A stretch of DNA of 64,000 nucleotides from Cenococcum geophilum (lineage: Eukaryota): the NCBI GenBank assembly GCA_050273025.1, contig CP158635.1, forward strand, positions 21,018,001 through 21,082,000. The letters run 5' to 3'. The position numbers and the translations under genes are program-made. Under the pieces are notes generated by a model that ran no database searches, was not told where the DNA came from, and saw nothing but the letters and a program-made list of their open reading frames with translations. Positions 14,621-28,300 of the stretch are shown piece by piece. Every line of letters begins with the position of its first letter. Position 1 is the first letter of the stretch.

Positions 14621-15492
14621 TCTAGAACCTTATAAAAATGGCTACTAATTATTATTATAATTTAAATTAATTATAGGCAGCTATATACTAACTTATTATC
14701 TCCTTTAAATAAGCTACCTTCTACTTAATATTTCGCTAGTTAGATCTATAGCCGTATATATAAAAGAACGTTATTACCTTTTTAATAGCTAAGACTTTTA
14801 AATTTTTAAAATCCGTGTTTAATATAAGCTAATTAATAAGGCTATTAAGCACTTTGGGCCGTATACGCGTCTTATTAAATAGTTAACGCGGTAACTCTAA
14901 ATAATCCTTTATCTATAATTAGCCTCTATTTATATTATAAGGACGGCTTTAAACGCTAGTAGGCTTATAGTAGTTAGCCAATATATACTCTATAATGGCG
15001 GTAATAGCTATAAGAATTAATATAGGGGTAATAATAATAATTTGCTAGGGGGTAGGCGGTATAACAAGCTTAATTAAAGGCCTTAAAACCACTACGTTAA
15101 CGTCTTAGTAGAAAGTAGTAGTAGAGGCTCTAGATAGGTGCGCTTACTAGCGTTATAAAATAGAGGCTCTAGTTTATTTAAACTGTGGTCTCCTCCTATA
15201 TTTTTTAAACTAACGTTTTTTAGCCGCACTAATAGCCTATTTAGGTAATTATAGGGGTATAGGCGCGCCTGCTGAGATAAAGCTTAGCTGGAGCGATTAG
15301 AGCAAGAAATAAAGCTAGAGGAACCAAACGGGAGCGTTAATTCGATATCAGCCCGTTAAGATAACGCCTCCATCTTGCCTCCAACCGACGAACCAGACAG
15401 GCCCTTAACCTTTTCGTTCCATTTCGAATTTTGGTGGTCGAAACGGTGGAATTAAATAGGTAGACACAAGTAACCAAACAAGGCCTAAAAAA

Positions 15493-15886
15493 GTATCACG
15501 ATTACTAGATTATGTATCTATAAGTAGCTTCAGATATTTTTTGAAGTTCTGGAATCAATTGTGTAGCTTTCGCATAGTATTTTGGCAGGGGGTGTCATTT
15601 TTGGTGTGGCCTCGGCACGGGCACTTTTGACGAGGTACGGAGGACGGAGCAAAAAGAGATTTCCACTTCCTTTTTGGGACTAGTGGCAACCCCCCATAAG
15701 GTCGCTAAAGTTATGGGGGCTCTGTCGCCTGAGTAACGAGGTTTCAGGCAGTCTATACCCCTAGACCCGCCAAAGGCCCCCCAAAGAGGCCCAAAACCTC
15801 AGCAACCTTATGGGCACCTTATGGGGAGAAAACCGCTAGTCCCAAAAAGGAAGGGGAAATCTCTTTCTGCTCCGTCCTCCGTACCG
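15493..15886 (+). mobile_element. 3' end and right TIR of a Tc1/mariner element, interrupted by a MITE
   Basis: 15493-15597 is a near-identical copy of 29668-29772 (just downstream of a Tc1 transposase). 15598-15637 (ttttggtgtgg..gcacgggcacttttgacgaggta) is the reverse complement of the TIR at 33638. The TIR finishes with CCG + TA after the MITE. Confidence 0.8.
15638..15881. mobile_element. MITE, 244 bp, TA target duplication
   Basis: TA|CGGAGGACGGAGCAAAAAGAGATTTCC..TTTTTGGGACTAG ... CTAGTCCCAAAAAGG..GGAAATCTCTTTCTGCTCCGTCCTCCG|TA; ~50-bp near-perfect TIRs. Confidence 0.9.
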
Positions 15887-16206
15887 TAAAGCTCTCTCTC
15901 CAGACAAACGGCTCGCATTGAGAGCGGCGGCGGTAAAACTATCGCTTCTGCAGGAGCAAATTCCGTCCGATTTTTAGCAGCATTGCCACTATATCTTTAT
16001 ATCAGCTGCGATAACTGTGATGTTCTTGAAGATGAAAGCTACAGTACAGATAGGCACTAGGACAAGAACAGCCAAGGAGGCGCATGTATGCCACGAACAT
16101 GATCAGATCATGGGTGGGGCACAGCGCTTACCCACTGCTTACCATCTATGACGTCCTACATCTAACGTCTTGTGCTGTTAATCATCTTTCTCACTGTCCT
16201 ACCAAT

Positions 16207-17408
16207 ATGGCCGAACAACATGGGTTAGGAGACCCCTTCTTTGAGACCCCAGAGGCGAAAGTAGAGTATGCAGAAGACAATATCGCTCCTCCCAAGCTCT
16301 AACTGACAAGGCAGTATCGTCTTCATACATGGACTTGGTGGTGATAGAGTTAGGACCTGGACATGGGAGGGCAGCGATAGAGTACTTTTCTGGCCGAAAG
16401 ATCTCCTGCCTCAAGCCTGCCCAGCAGCTCGCATCCTTTCCTTTGGTTACAACGCGGACTTTACTCACTTCTACCCGTTCTACGGGCCAAAGTTTATTTC
16501 GGAGCAGTTGACCATTGACGACCATTCAACTGCACTCTTCCAGAGTCTCATCGGCCTGCGCGAGAAAACAAACACTGTAAGGAATAGGCACGTATATCCC
16601 TCTCTGCATAGGAAATAAGCTAAGAATATATCTACCTCTAGTCAGAACGCCCTGTTATTTTTGTCTCGCACAGCTTAGGAGGCCTTGTATGCGCCAATGC
16701 ATTATCGAGGCATCATGGAACTGACCTGGCCAGCGCCAGCCTCGGGGAAAAGACGATTGGGATCGTCTTTCTTGGGACACCGTTCGAAGGATCTTCGAAA
16801 TCGAAATGGGCCGGAAGGGCGCTTAAGATACTAGACTGGATAAGCACGACACAAAAGGAGGATGTGAAAGATCTTGAAGAGCGCTCGGCAAAGCTTATGA
16901 GCATCAATGAGGCCTTCCAGAAGTTCCTAAAGGCGCGAGATCGGTCGGAAACGAGACAGTTTGTGGAAGTAGCTTGTTTCTTTGAGCAGTATGCTATATA
17001 CAAGGCCGGCAAGAAGATTGGAACCATCGTGCCTAAGGAATCCGCCCGCCTGCCAGGCATCGACCCGCAGTCAATCCAGGCTAACCACGTTGACATGTGC
17101 AAGTTTGAGGATGAAGACCGAGAGGGTTACAAGAATATTTCGCAAAGGCTGAACCAATGGATATCGGATCTTGATAGGAGAGTCAAGGGATTTACTGAGG
17201 AGAGCCAGGTTTGACAATGCTTTTTTTTACTCCTGACGCTAGCTAAAACGGACAGAAATACTCGGTTTGTATGGGTGATGTCAATTTTAGTAATAAGATT
17301 GATAATAACCGGGGAGTGATTATGGGCCATGCCTATAGCACAGCTACAGACGGGGTTAGGATAACTGGTAGCAGTACCAGTGTATGGGGTTACCAATTCT
17401 CGCGGTAG
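16207..17408 (+). CDS. SesB/DUF676-like alpha/beta hydrolase (lipase-like) with a C-terminal putative amyloid signalling motif; 4 exons (16207-16265, 16315-16576, 16642-17208, 17256-17408), 346 aa
   Basis: Three GT..AG introns (49, 65, 47 bp) join one open frame: MAEQHGLG..VDIVFIHGLGGD..TW..FWPKDLLP..ARILSFGYNAD..RPVIFVSHSLGGLV..GIVFLGTPFEGS..CFFE..IVPKESA..ANHVDMCKF. These are the typical motifs of fungal NLR-associated SesB-like hydrolases (Ser elbow xHSxG, C-terminal His). The region lacks the RIP bias of its flanks. Confidence 0.9.
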
Positions 17409-17542
17409 CGACATACAAGCTAACAGAGTGTATAGAACACCTACCACGGAATTAATCCAAAGGATTATAGGCAGACCAATGGATAGTAAAGTGTAAGAGG
17501 CAATAATAGTTTAGCTGAGGAGATGCCGCAAGGTATCGGCGC

Positions 17543-19100
17543 CAGACTTGCTGATAAGCAAGCAAGCAAGAGGCCTTATTTTGGGCAAGCAAGCAAGCAA
17601 AAGAAGAGCTTGCTTGCTTGCTTACTTATTTATTGCTTATATATAGTTAATTTAGTAGTAGCGGTAGTTGGTGATAGACCTTTGGTGTTTTTAGAGTGGC
17701 TAAGGCAATGCAAATAGTGTAAACAAGCCCTTTCAGGTAACCGCTAAGCCTATTTAAACCGTTTTTCCGCGCCGACTAAAAGTCTTATATAGCTTATAGT
17801 AAATAATAAATACCTTCCTATCCTTATCCGCCACTAACTCTACTAATTTAATAGAACCTACTTAGCCACCGCTACTACTATAGTATAGGACCCTGCCAAC
17901 GCGAGTATAAGCGTGACAGCCGCGGAAAACCCCTTAGCCCCTATAATCTTATCGTTAGAAGCCGAGCTTATAGACGACAATAATATTAATAATTATAATG
18001 GTATTAACTAGAAACGACTTCCGGATCTTTAAAACCCTTATTATAGCTTAAAGTAAACGCCTAGCTTTATTTATAAATACGGGTATAGGTGCTAAAGTTA
18101 GGTAAAGCTGGAGCAAATTATCTTTATTTATAAGTACTGCTACTAATATAAAATTCTTAACTGTAAAAGTCTTAGTCGTTATAATATATTAAATGCTAAT
18201 ACTACTGCTTAAATGCATCTTGCTAAAAATACTCCTAGCTATAAATATGATAAAAATAGAGAGATTATATTTAAATTAAAAAAGCGCGAGTATACCATTT
18301 TTAAGTAACTTTAGGCTTCAGGCCAATATATCACTTAAAAGGCTGCTAACACGATTATTAGCGGCTTTAATACATCTATATTTAAGTAATTAGCTATTAA
18401 TTAGCTTACCGAAAACAACCACCCGCTATAAAAGTTTAAAACCTTATCTTTCCGCCGTATAATATAAATTGCGAACCCTAAGGCTAAGCGCGTACTCTGG
18501 CTTAATTATTAAGCGGTAGCAAACTATATACTAGCCGACTATAAAGCGTATCTTCCCTCTATTACTAAGACTCTTACTACCTTTAGATTACTCCTCTATA
18601 TATCCTTTAATAGCTTACTCTTACCGGCATATATATATATTACCTTAGTAAGAAAGGCCGTATAGTGGACTATATACTTACTTTGCCTACGTAGCTCGGC
18701 TAGCACTTAGGAATTAACTGCGCGGAAGTTATTAATAATGTCTTTAATACGTTTAAGATTATAAAGGAGCGGCTTAGCTACTCTATTACTAATAACGTCC
18801 ATATAAATAATACTTATTTAGATTATTTAGTAGTTAAATTTAGCTTTAATAAGGCCTATAGGCGCACCTATTACGCTTACTATATCCTAAATCTAGTTAC
18901 TTAGCAGCTTATATTTAGTAAAAATAAAAAAGCTTTTAAAAACAAGGATATAAATATACTGGAAGAAGAAGAGTTTCTAAAGCAATAGCGGAAAGAAGGA
19001 CCGCTTAGAACACTTTATAACCTTATTAATTCGATTAATACGCCTTAGCTTATACAGCTATTTAAGCAATATTAAGTTAATAAGAATATACCTCTACGTC
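17543..19100 (+). mobile_element. 5' part of a RIPed hAT transposon
   Basis: Terminus CAGACTTGCTG with direct and inverted (AAGC)n/(GCTT)n subterminal repeats. Degenerate transposase motifs: (C)KYC (~18130), T(D)NVH..N(D)T (~18788), (C)A(CH)ILNL (~18872), RKEGPL(G)TL(H)NL (~18989). Confidence 0.75.
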
Positions 19101-19277
19101 AGGAAAAAATTTACTAGCATTTAATTTTACTTTTTAGCCATTTTAGCATTTTCTAGCATTTCTAGCATTTTCTAGTATTTAGCTGCTAAATGCGGCATTT
19201 ATAATTAAGTCTTAGCATTTAGCTACTAAGTGCTAACTATAAGATTACTAAGCATACATAAAAGTATAAATTTTATA

Positions 19278-19332
19278 AATTTTAATAATTTTAATAATTT
19301 TAATAATTTTAATAATTTTAATAATTTTAATA
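19278..19332. repeat. Minisatellite (ATTTTAATA)x~6
   Basis: Directly visible 9-bp period. Confidence 0.85.
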
Positions 19333-20381
19333 TATTTTATATTTTATATATACTTTATTAATAAATATTAAAGTTACTACCCCTATAAAATCTTGCTAAG
19401 GCTCTATATTATAAAAAAATTTACTAGCATCTTAAGGTAGGTTTATGCTAATCTAGTAATGTTGGCATTTAGCCGCATTTAGTTGCATTTTGTGGCTATA
19501 TACTACACCGCTAATAATAATGCTATAATTTGCAGCTAAACGCTGCCTTAATAATAATAGTGCTGTAAGCTGCAGCTTATTATAGTATAAGCCGCTTATT
19601 ATAGTATAAGCCGACTATTATAGTACGAGCTAACTGTTAAGATATGAGGTAAAAGTATATAATTAATATCGCGTGAAGATCTATATAGGAAGTAAGGTAG
19701 TATATATACGTATTGCTTAGGAGTTAGGTCCATACTTATATATACGCGTACGCTTATAAGCCAAATTATAATAATACGTATTAGTCCCGTAATATAGCTT
19801 AATACTCTTTTAGAAATAATAATACTAGAAATATTTTAGTTAACTAAGTTTACTATATTCGCTACGCTACTACTTATAAGTTACTAGAAGATACGTCCCT
19901 TAGCCTATATATACGCCACTATATAATTATAATAGGTTTTACTATATAGTAACTATATATAGTATTCGGAACTATCTATAGTTATATTATACTCTTATAA
20001 TTATTACCAGTATTAAATAGTCTTAGTATCTTCCTTCTTACTTTAGCCTGCTTTTAAGCTTAAATAGGCCTTCTCCTTATATACCAACTTCTGCAGTAAT
20101 AACGTAAATTTAGTTAACTTTAATATCCTTTACTTAATACTCGACTTTTAATTAGCTATAATAGTACTATAGTAGACGGGCTTGGTTTGTCCTTATTAAT
20201 CTATCTAAGTAAATAGCTGTTTTACCTCTAAGAGCTTATAGCTTAGCTTAACTATAATAGTATAATTTACGTGCTATAGGTTAATAGCCAGCCTAATTAA
20301 TATAAAGGTGCAAAGTAGGATCCACTTAAAGTTATTAGTATTAAAGGTTTGCCTAGCCTTAGCCTTCTTAATATTAGATAT

Positions 20382-20624
20382 TGTAACCGACTACCGACAC
20401 TGTGCTGAGACACAAGATCACCGCTTGGAAGGCTCCTAGACAGTGTCAACACCACCCTATATATTGATCGCAGATCAATATTGCTTGCAGATCACTGTTC
20501 CCATTTCAGTTACCTATTACCCCATCATGTCTCATTACCTCTACCTTCGTGTATATATAGAGGCTTTAGAGCTACATTCACAATCAAGTTACTTGTTCAA
20601 TTCCCACACACTGCAAAGCTTATA
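20382..20624. mobile_element. Solo LTR, 243 bp
   Basis: Starts TGTAAC, ends GCTTATA (RIPed ..TACA); TSD GATAT at 20377-20381 and 20625-20629. Confidence 0.8.
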
Positions 20625-21900
20625 GATATACTAGCTATATAGCAGAGCACCTTATCTTTACCGTATTTTTTATATAGCCTATTAAACTAATAAGCTAGTT
20701 TAAGAGGTAAGTAAGTGGTAATAATAATCTTATACGCTAAACCATCCGTCCGTTTTTTAATATAAACGTAATTATAGATTTTTTTAGCTTTAAAGAACCT
20801 TATATTCTATTAAAAATAGCGGTTAAGTATATTGGTAAACTTCTTACTAAGCGGGTTAGTAGTCTACTTAGCGATAATTAGGTCCTTAAGTGTGCAACTC
20901 TAAGTTTTTAGGTATTTATTAATAGACTTAATTATAATAGGGGCTTGCTGGTCCTAGTATTAAATAACCTAAGCTATGCTTACTACCGTTTTTATATTAG
21001 TATATAACTTAGCTTAGGTAAGTTTTAGTATTTAGATCACTACTATATTCCTCCTATATAGCCAGAAGTTCCTTATATTAGCGCCTTTACTCTATCCTTA
21101 CTTGCTCCCCTATAGCTATAATTATAGCCACCTTAATATTATTAGGGTCGGCCTATAATATAACTAATTTAAAATAGCTATTCTTTGGGATAAGCTTTTG
21201 CTAGTTAAACTAGAGTATTAACTCCCCTCTATATATCTAAAACGTTAGAATAACTGTACGGAAAAATACAGCCAGTTTGCCGAATTTCTTATCTACTATT
21301 ACTCTAGCTAGGTTAGTCTTCGCATCTTTATAAAGACGGTTAAATTCCTTCTTCTTTAAGCTTAAGTAATACTTTAAACTCCATTCCCTTTAGCTTATCT
21401 ACTTCTTCCTACTTAGGCCTTTTTAATCCTGCTATGATAAACCGTATTAGTTATATTAGGTTCCTATTATTAGGCGTACTAAACGCACCCTATATAGTAG
21501 GGCTGCGATTATACGCGATACGGTACTTTTTAACTATATCCTTAATAAATAATATTAAGACTCTACTAGTTATTTCTAGGTGGTATTTGTCCTAAAGGAT
21601 ATGCCTAACCTATATTATACTCTTTAATTTCTAATACAATTTAGGGGTTTAGCTATTTAGGTATTTCTATATACTAGTTTATATAGTAATAAACTCACGT
21701 ATTAGTTATGTAGTAATATAATTTCGCGTAGTAATTAGAAGGAATTTGGTTAAGTATCTTAGCGCTAATAGTTCTATTATATTAGAGGTAAAGTAATAAT
21801 AATTATTATTCTCCTATTATTCCTTATTAGTCTACTTAAAAGCCTTATAGATTTACGGCTATTTGTCCTTTTTAGTTTACTAAATATTTTAATTTTATTA

Positions 21901-22204
21901 TCCCATGCGCCGTTGAGAAAGGCGTACGCACAAGCGAACCAACCAGAATCACTAGATTGAATCGAGTCTCAGCGAAATAAAGTCGTGAATTTGATCAACG
22001 AATTAAGGCTCTAAACCATTATAATAAAGCTCAAACTTGATATATAATTGACTCTATCGTGTACTAATTAGGTTAGCAAAGTCCTTCTTTACAGAGGGGC
22101 ATATTGTATAGAGCGCAGCCGAATTGAGCCCTCGGAGAAGCGCGTTAATGTTTTGGTGTTCGCGCACGGGCCTCTTTTGGCGTACGCCTCAACGGCGCAT
22201 GGGA
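21901..22204. mobile_element. MITE, 304 bp, TA target duplication
   Basis: TA|TCCCATGCGCCGTTGAG..GGCGTACGC ... GCGTACGCCTCAACGGCGCATGGGA|TA. Confidence 0.9.
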
Positions 22205-25200
22205 TAGCTAGGGGCGAGAATTATAATCTAGGGCGAGTTAGGGCGCTTTATAATCGCGCCGTCTTATAATATTATACTCGCATTCTTTAGGAATCCTAAT
22301 AGGCCTAGGGTCGGCATAAGGATAACTAAATAGCCTTACTGTAGGTCTATAGGGTATAGCTTCTTAGAGTTATCTTTATAGTAGTATATAATTAGCTACT
22401 TTACTACCTATAAGCATTTTATATCCGGCGAATGCATCTTAGGTAGGTAGTAGGTTATATCCCCAGCGGCTTAGGCCTCTTAAATGTCTATTATATTCTA
22501 ATAATAAAAGTAGTTTATTAGCCACTAAGTAATTATTTATACAGTCTTGCCCGCGTTAGGTTCGTCTACATAAATACCACCTTCTTTAATCGTCCTCTCT
22601 TGCTTAAATACCTAAGCTATATATACTACTTAGTATAGGCTAAATTTAAAGCCTAATATAAGGCCTTAATTAGGGAGTTTAATTAGGGTAGTTTGGAAAG
22701 TACTTTTAATAAAATAAGTAGGAAATACTCTAGAGTAAGTAAAAGATCCGCTTCCGTTATATACCACTAGTATACTATTTAGGTTATCCTCTCTAGCCTT
22801 ATAGAGCTAGGCTAAAAAAGTTTACTAGTTAACTTCTTCCTCTATATCCATATCTTAGTTATTATTATTAACCAAATCCTTATTTTTGTCTCCACTCTAC
22901 GCGTTTTTAGAGTTAGTATAATATAGGAACTAATTATTATATCTACCGGCACATTATAGCAATTTACTGTCCTCTATAGTAATATCTTAAGGGGTATTAA
23001 TAGTTAGTAATACGGTAGTAGGGTCGTCTATTATATTGTTAGGCTAGTATATACCTTTAGGTTTAATAATAGGTTGCGGCGATTTACTATTATTTATGGC
23101 GATTTCTTTAATACCGCTGTTACTTGCTAATATAGGCTTATAGGTAAATAGATTACGTCTTCTCTTTACTAATTGCCTTCTACGCACAATTAGCTTATTA
23201 TTACTATTTTCTATAAGGGTGCCTACCGTTAATTCTAGTTAAGGGCGCTTTCTATATCTATTTGGGTTGGCCTTATAACCATTTAACTTCCTAGGCGCAA
23301 CTGGTTTACTTTTATTATCCTTTATTAGGGCACTTATTGCTAATTTTAGTTAAGGCCACTTATTATATTTGCCTAATTTAGTCTTACTATTATCTAATTT
23401 CTTATATTTAATAGGCTCGCCCTTACTATCTTCCTTAGAGCTATATACTACTAATCCTAAATAACTTCGCTTTTTACCTCCTTCTAGTTTATTCTTACCG
23501 CTAGCCTTATACGGCGTTAGTACTTACTAGCTGTCTTTTACGCTACGTTTATTACGTCTAGGCGCCTTAGATTTAATAGCTAGCGGTATATTATTAGTAG
23601 TAGCGACTTAGGAGTTTAAGCTAGGAGGTAAGAATAATACTATAAGTACGGCCTCCTTTATACTATTTTTTGCTATTTTACTAAAAGCTACAATAAGTGT
23701 ACCCTCTAATTATATTATGAGGTTTTTATATCTCTATAGCGATATATAGATATTCTTTTTAGGCAAACTATTAATATTAAGCTCTATATAGGCTCGCAGT
23801 TTCTTTTATAGCTTGCCTAAAGCTATATATAGGTTTCCACTTATTAGATATAAGACTTAAACTACCCCAACTATTAATTTACCCATTAAGCCTATAGATT
23901 AGATTTTAATCTTAATATCTTCTATATTAATTACGTTACTTACTATTAGGGTTACTAGCTAAGGTAAAGGGATACTATATAGTAGGTTTACGGTAATACC
24001 TATAGGCTATATTGTATATAGTAGCTAAGGTAGCGTTGTTTTATCTTATGCTTTAATCTTTAAGGGTAACATATATTTACGCAGAGGTAGGTTTTTCTTA
24101 GAGGTACTTAGTACCCTTCTTATATAATTAGAATAAGTACTTTCTATAATTCTTAGGATTACCTATAGTTTCTAATCCGGTAGAGTATTAGTAAATTATA
24201 AGAGTTACTTATAATACTCCTTAATATATCCTTTTTTTATTATCGCAGAGTTGCCGCAATATATTACGTTTTTAGGCTTAACTTTAATCGCGACATCTTT
24301 AACCTTCTCTTTTAGTCTATTATAGTTTTTAATGCTTATTTTAAAGCCTTAGGCAATATCCATATCTTTAGTTAGCTTTAGGTTCACCTTATACCACGCA
24401 TCCGGCTTTACCTATAGTTACATTATTATTAAGTTGCTTATTTAGTTAGGTATGTATAATATTACGGTATATATTAAGTGGAAGGTAACTATTAAAGTAG
24501 GAGGGCTTTATACGGTAGCTAGCTAATAGTATATTAGTATAACTTTAGTATTAGATATAGTTAAAGGTTAGTTATTGGAGAGATAGAAGGTAGGATAAGT
24601 AAAGTAAATTAAGGAGAGGTAAAGTAGTAGATCTTATAATTACCTACACATACCCGCATAAAGGTAAAATTAGCTATTATTTGCTACTACTAGTTAGGGT
24701 AAATATGGCTAGACTTAGTGCTATATAGTTAAATAAGGGCATAATTATATAACTTATAGGGACTACTCTACCTAGCCTATTTTAGGCTAGGTGCGGTTTA
24801 ATACCGCTAAATTCTTATAGTTTTTAATGCGAGTAATTTATTAAGTACCTATTGAGGGATAACTAATTATTACGGTATAGTAGAATATAGGAGGTTGTAG
24901 GCGTTATAATATTTCTTATTATTATATAAAGTTAGTATATATACGCGCCGCTAGAGTTAAAGGACTGGCCTATATCTATACGTGCGGGCTCTATTACTAT
25001 AAAGTGTTTATTTTATAATAGGTAGTATTTCTAGTAGATAATAACGTATTACACTTATTATAGGCGTTACTATCTTTCTTATTGCTATATAAAGTTAGTA
25101 GATAGATACGCTACTAAAATTAAAGGGCTAGCCTACGTTTATATATACGGACTCTATTGCTATAAAGTGCTTAGTATATAATAGGTAGTACTTCTAATAA

Positions 25201-25399
25201 ACGGCAACGTATTACACATACTTTATAATCGCTAGTATTATTATTACACTACTATATAGTACTTAAGGGCCTACTAGGTAAGTCTATCCAGAATAATAAT
25301 TATTTAGTATATGAAATACTTTTACGTCTATGCCTAAATATTAAGTACTTATTTAAACGTATATTTACTGTAAAAGGTAGTAAACAGTTTTATATCTTA

Positions 25400-28300
25400 T
25401 ACTATAAGTTATAGGATAAACATCTCGGTAAAACACTTAATAGATAAATTCTAACTCTTTAACCAAATTCTACTAAATTCTATTAGCTTAATTAACTTCT
25501 GCCAAGTTCTACTAGATTAATTAAATTTTACTAAAGTCCATTAAAGACCGCGTGCGCATATATACACGTATTAACCACTAAGACCCCTAACTCTTTAATT
25601 ATATAATTCTCTTATCCTCTATAAGAGCTATATCTTTAAATTTAGATAGAATTTATATTATTCCTTTAAGACTATACTTAAAGAGGGAAAGTAGCCTGGA
25701 TTTAGACCCCTATATAGTATATCCTAAAATAAACTTTAAGTACTATAAAAGTATCTAAAGGAGAACCTAAGTAAAGGATTTATTAGAGTAAGCTCTTCGC
25801 CTATAGCCGTATTAGTGATCTTTATTAAGAAACCCGGTAGTAGTTTACGCTTCTATATAAACTGCTAAGCTCTTAATAGTATTACTATTAAGAATAAATA
25901 TTTAATCCCATTAATATAAGAGACGCTAAACTAATTAAGTAAGGCTCGCTATTATATAAAGCTTAATATTATCTCTATATTTAACCGCCTCCGTATTACT
26001 AAAGGAGATAAATAGCTTATTGCGTTCCGTACCCGGTATAGATTATTTAAATACTTAGTAATAATATTTAGCCTTATAAACGCCCTAAGCTTATTTTAGC
26101 ACTATATAAATAATACCCTATATCCCTACCTAGATATCTTCTATACTGCTTATATTAATAATATTTTAATATATAGTAATAACCTAACCGAATACTAGAA
26201 ATACGTTAATCTTATTCTATAAGCCCTATAAGGAGCTAGCCTATAATTAAATATAAATAAATACCAATTTTCTAAAATAGAAGTCCTATGCCTTAGGCTT
26301 TTTTTATATATAAATAGCATATAAATAGACCTAAAGAAAGTTAAAGTAATTATAAACTATTAAAAACCTAAGAATGTTAAGGACGTAATGTCTCTATAGG
26401 ATTTGCCAATTTCTATTAATAGTGTATTAATAACTTCTTTGCCCTAGTTTTACCCCTTATAGCTCTAACCTAAAAAGATAAAGCCTTTATCTTTAATATG
26501 AAATATAAGAAGGCCTTTACTTATCTAAAGGTTTTATTTACTACTACGCCTATACTCTAATACTTTAACCTAAACTAAATAAGTATTATAAAGCTAACTT
26601 ATCTAACTATATTACTAAATATATTCTATCTTAATATAATAAAGATAGAGTATTATACCCCATAGTATACTTTTTAAAATAACTAAGCCTAGCTAAATAT
26701 AACTATAAGATCTACGATAAGGAATTGCTAGCTATTATTAGATATTTTAAATAATAGTAACCTAAACTAGAAGGCGCTGGATTTCTAATTAAGGTCCTTA
26801 GCAACTATAAGAATCTATAATACTTTATAACTATAAAATAGTTAAGCTATTATTAGGCCTATTAGTTAAAATATCTATCTTATATCTAATTCTTAATTAT
26901 ATACCGCCTAGGCATTTAAGGCCAGAAGCCTAATACTCCAACCTAACGCTTATAAAATACGCTAGTATTAAAAAAAAGCACGCTCTTACTAAAATTAAAC
27001 CCTACTTTACCCTAAACTATTTAACCCTTTTATAGAAGATCTTATGGTATACGTCTTTAAAATAACTAATTAATTAATTAAATAGATTATTATTATTAAT
27101 AAATACTTAAACAACGAGTTTATCTAAGAGACACTTAAGCTAATTTAAGATATTATTAGACGCTTTAAAAAGATCTCTCTAAGTAGATATAAAGCTCGTG
27201 AAGACCGCTTATACTACTAAAACCGCCTAGTTATACCTAACTATAACAAACTTAAGCTTAAGCTCCTTAAACACGTATACGACCTACTAGTAGCTAGCTA
27301 CCTAGGCTAAGGAAAAACTCTAGAGCTACTTTAATAAGAGTACTACTAACTAAATATATATAATATAATACAAAGGTATATCTTTAGCTGCTATATCTAC
27401 TAATAAGCTAAAGCTTTATATAAGACGCATAACGGCCTTTTAAAGCTACTCCCTATTCTAGACTAAAGATAGAAGGATATTTTAATTAACTTTATTATTA
27501 ATCTCCCTATAAGTAAAGGCTATATAAATATTATAGTAGTTATAAACTAACTATCTAAGATAAGACACCTAATCGCCTACCCTAATATATTAATACCTAC
27601 TATTGCTAACTATTCCTAGATTATATATAGAAGCTCTACAGGCTCCCCAAAATAATTATCTCTAATAAAGGCAGCTAGTTTATATTTGTATTTTAAAAGG
27701 AACTAACTACCTAACTCTATATTAAAGCACTATTGTTTATATTATACTACCTAGAAATAAATAGTTAAATAAAACGTATAAATACTATAATAGAATAACT
27801 AAATTAACTAGCTTATACTTACTAGGTTTACTATAAATAATTCCATCTTAGAAACTATAAAGATTTCCCTATTCTTAGTTAACTATGGCTAGTACCTATA
27901 AATGGGTTTTAAACCCTTTAGTAATATTCCTTACCCCGCTTATTATGCTTTATAAATTATAGAAGTAAATAAATTGATAAAGAAAATAGAGGAACTATAA
28001 TAGTTTTTTTATTAATAAAATAATATGGGCCTAATTTATTTATTAAGCTATAGTGAATAAGAAATAAACCTTAGCGCCAATTTACTAAATTAGTAATTTT
28101 ATCTAGCTAGATATAAGAAATCTAAACACAAAACAACTTATTAAGAAACTTAATTAGAAAAACACTGGCCCTTATAAGGTTAAAAAGGTTATCTCTTCTT
28201 ATGCCTACTAATTAAAGCTTCCTAATACGGTTAAAATCCACCCTATATTTTATATATCAGTCCTTCGCCCTACTGCCCCTATATTAGACGCCCTGTCTAA

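Larger units (their letters stand above)
19616..25330 (-). mobile_element. RIPed Ty3/Gypsy-like element (LTR ~19616-19794, degenerate pol and gag)
   Basis: The LTR is homologous to solo LTR 11872-12053. Degenerate integrase/RT-like coding relic on the minus strand; ~160-bp tandem duplication at ~24915-25220. Right boundary approximate. Confidence 0.65.

Noticed and set aside
14621..15490. PIF/Harbinger-like element end (..AACCAAACAAGGCC|TAA at ~15471-15488)
   Set aside because: The terminus looks suggestive, but no partner TIR or convincing transposase motif was found.
16084..17447. Track ORFs 16084-16302, 16199-16525, 16329-16511, 16713-17102 and 17127-17447 as separate genes
   Set aside because: Partial exon read-through, wrong frame or antisense to the spliced hydrolase gene.
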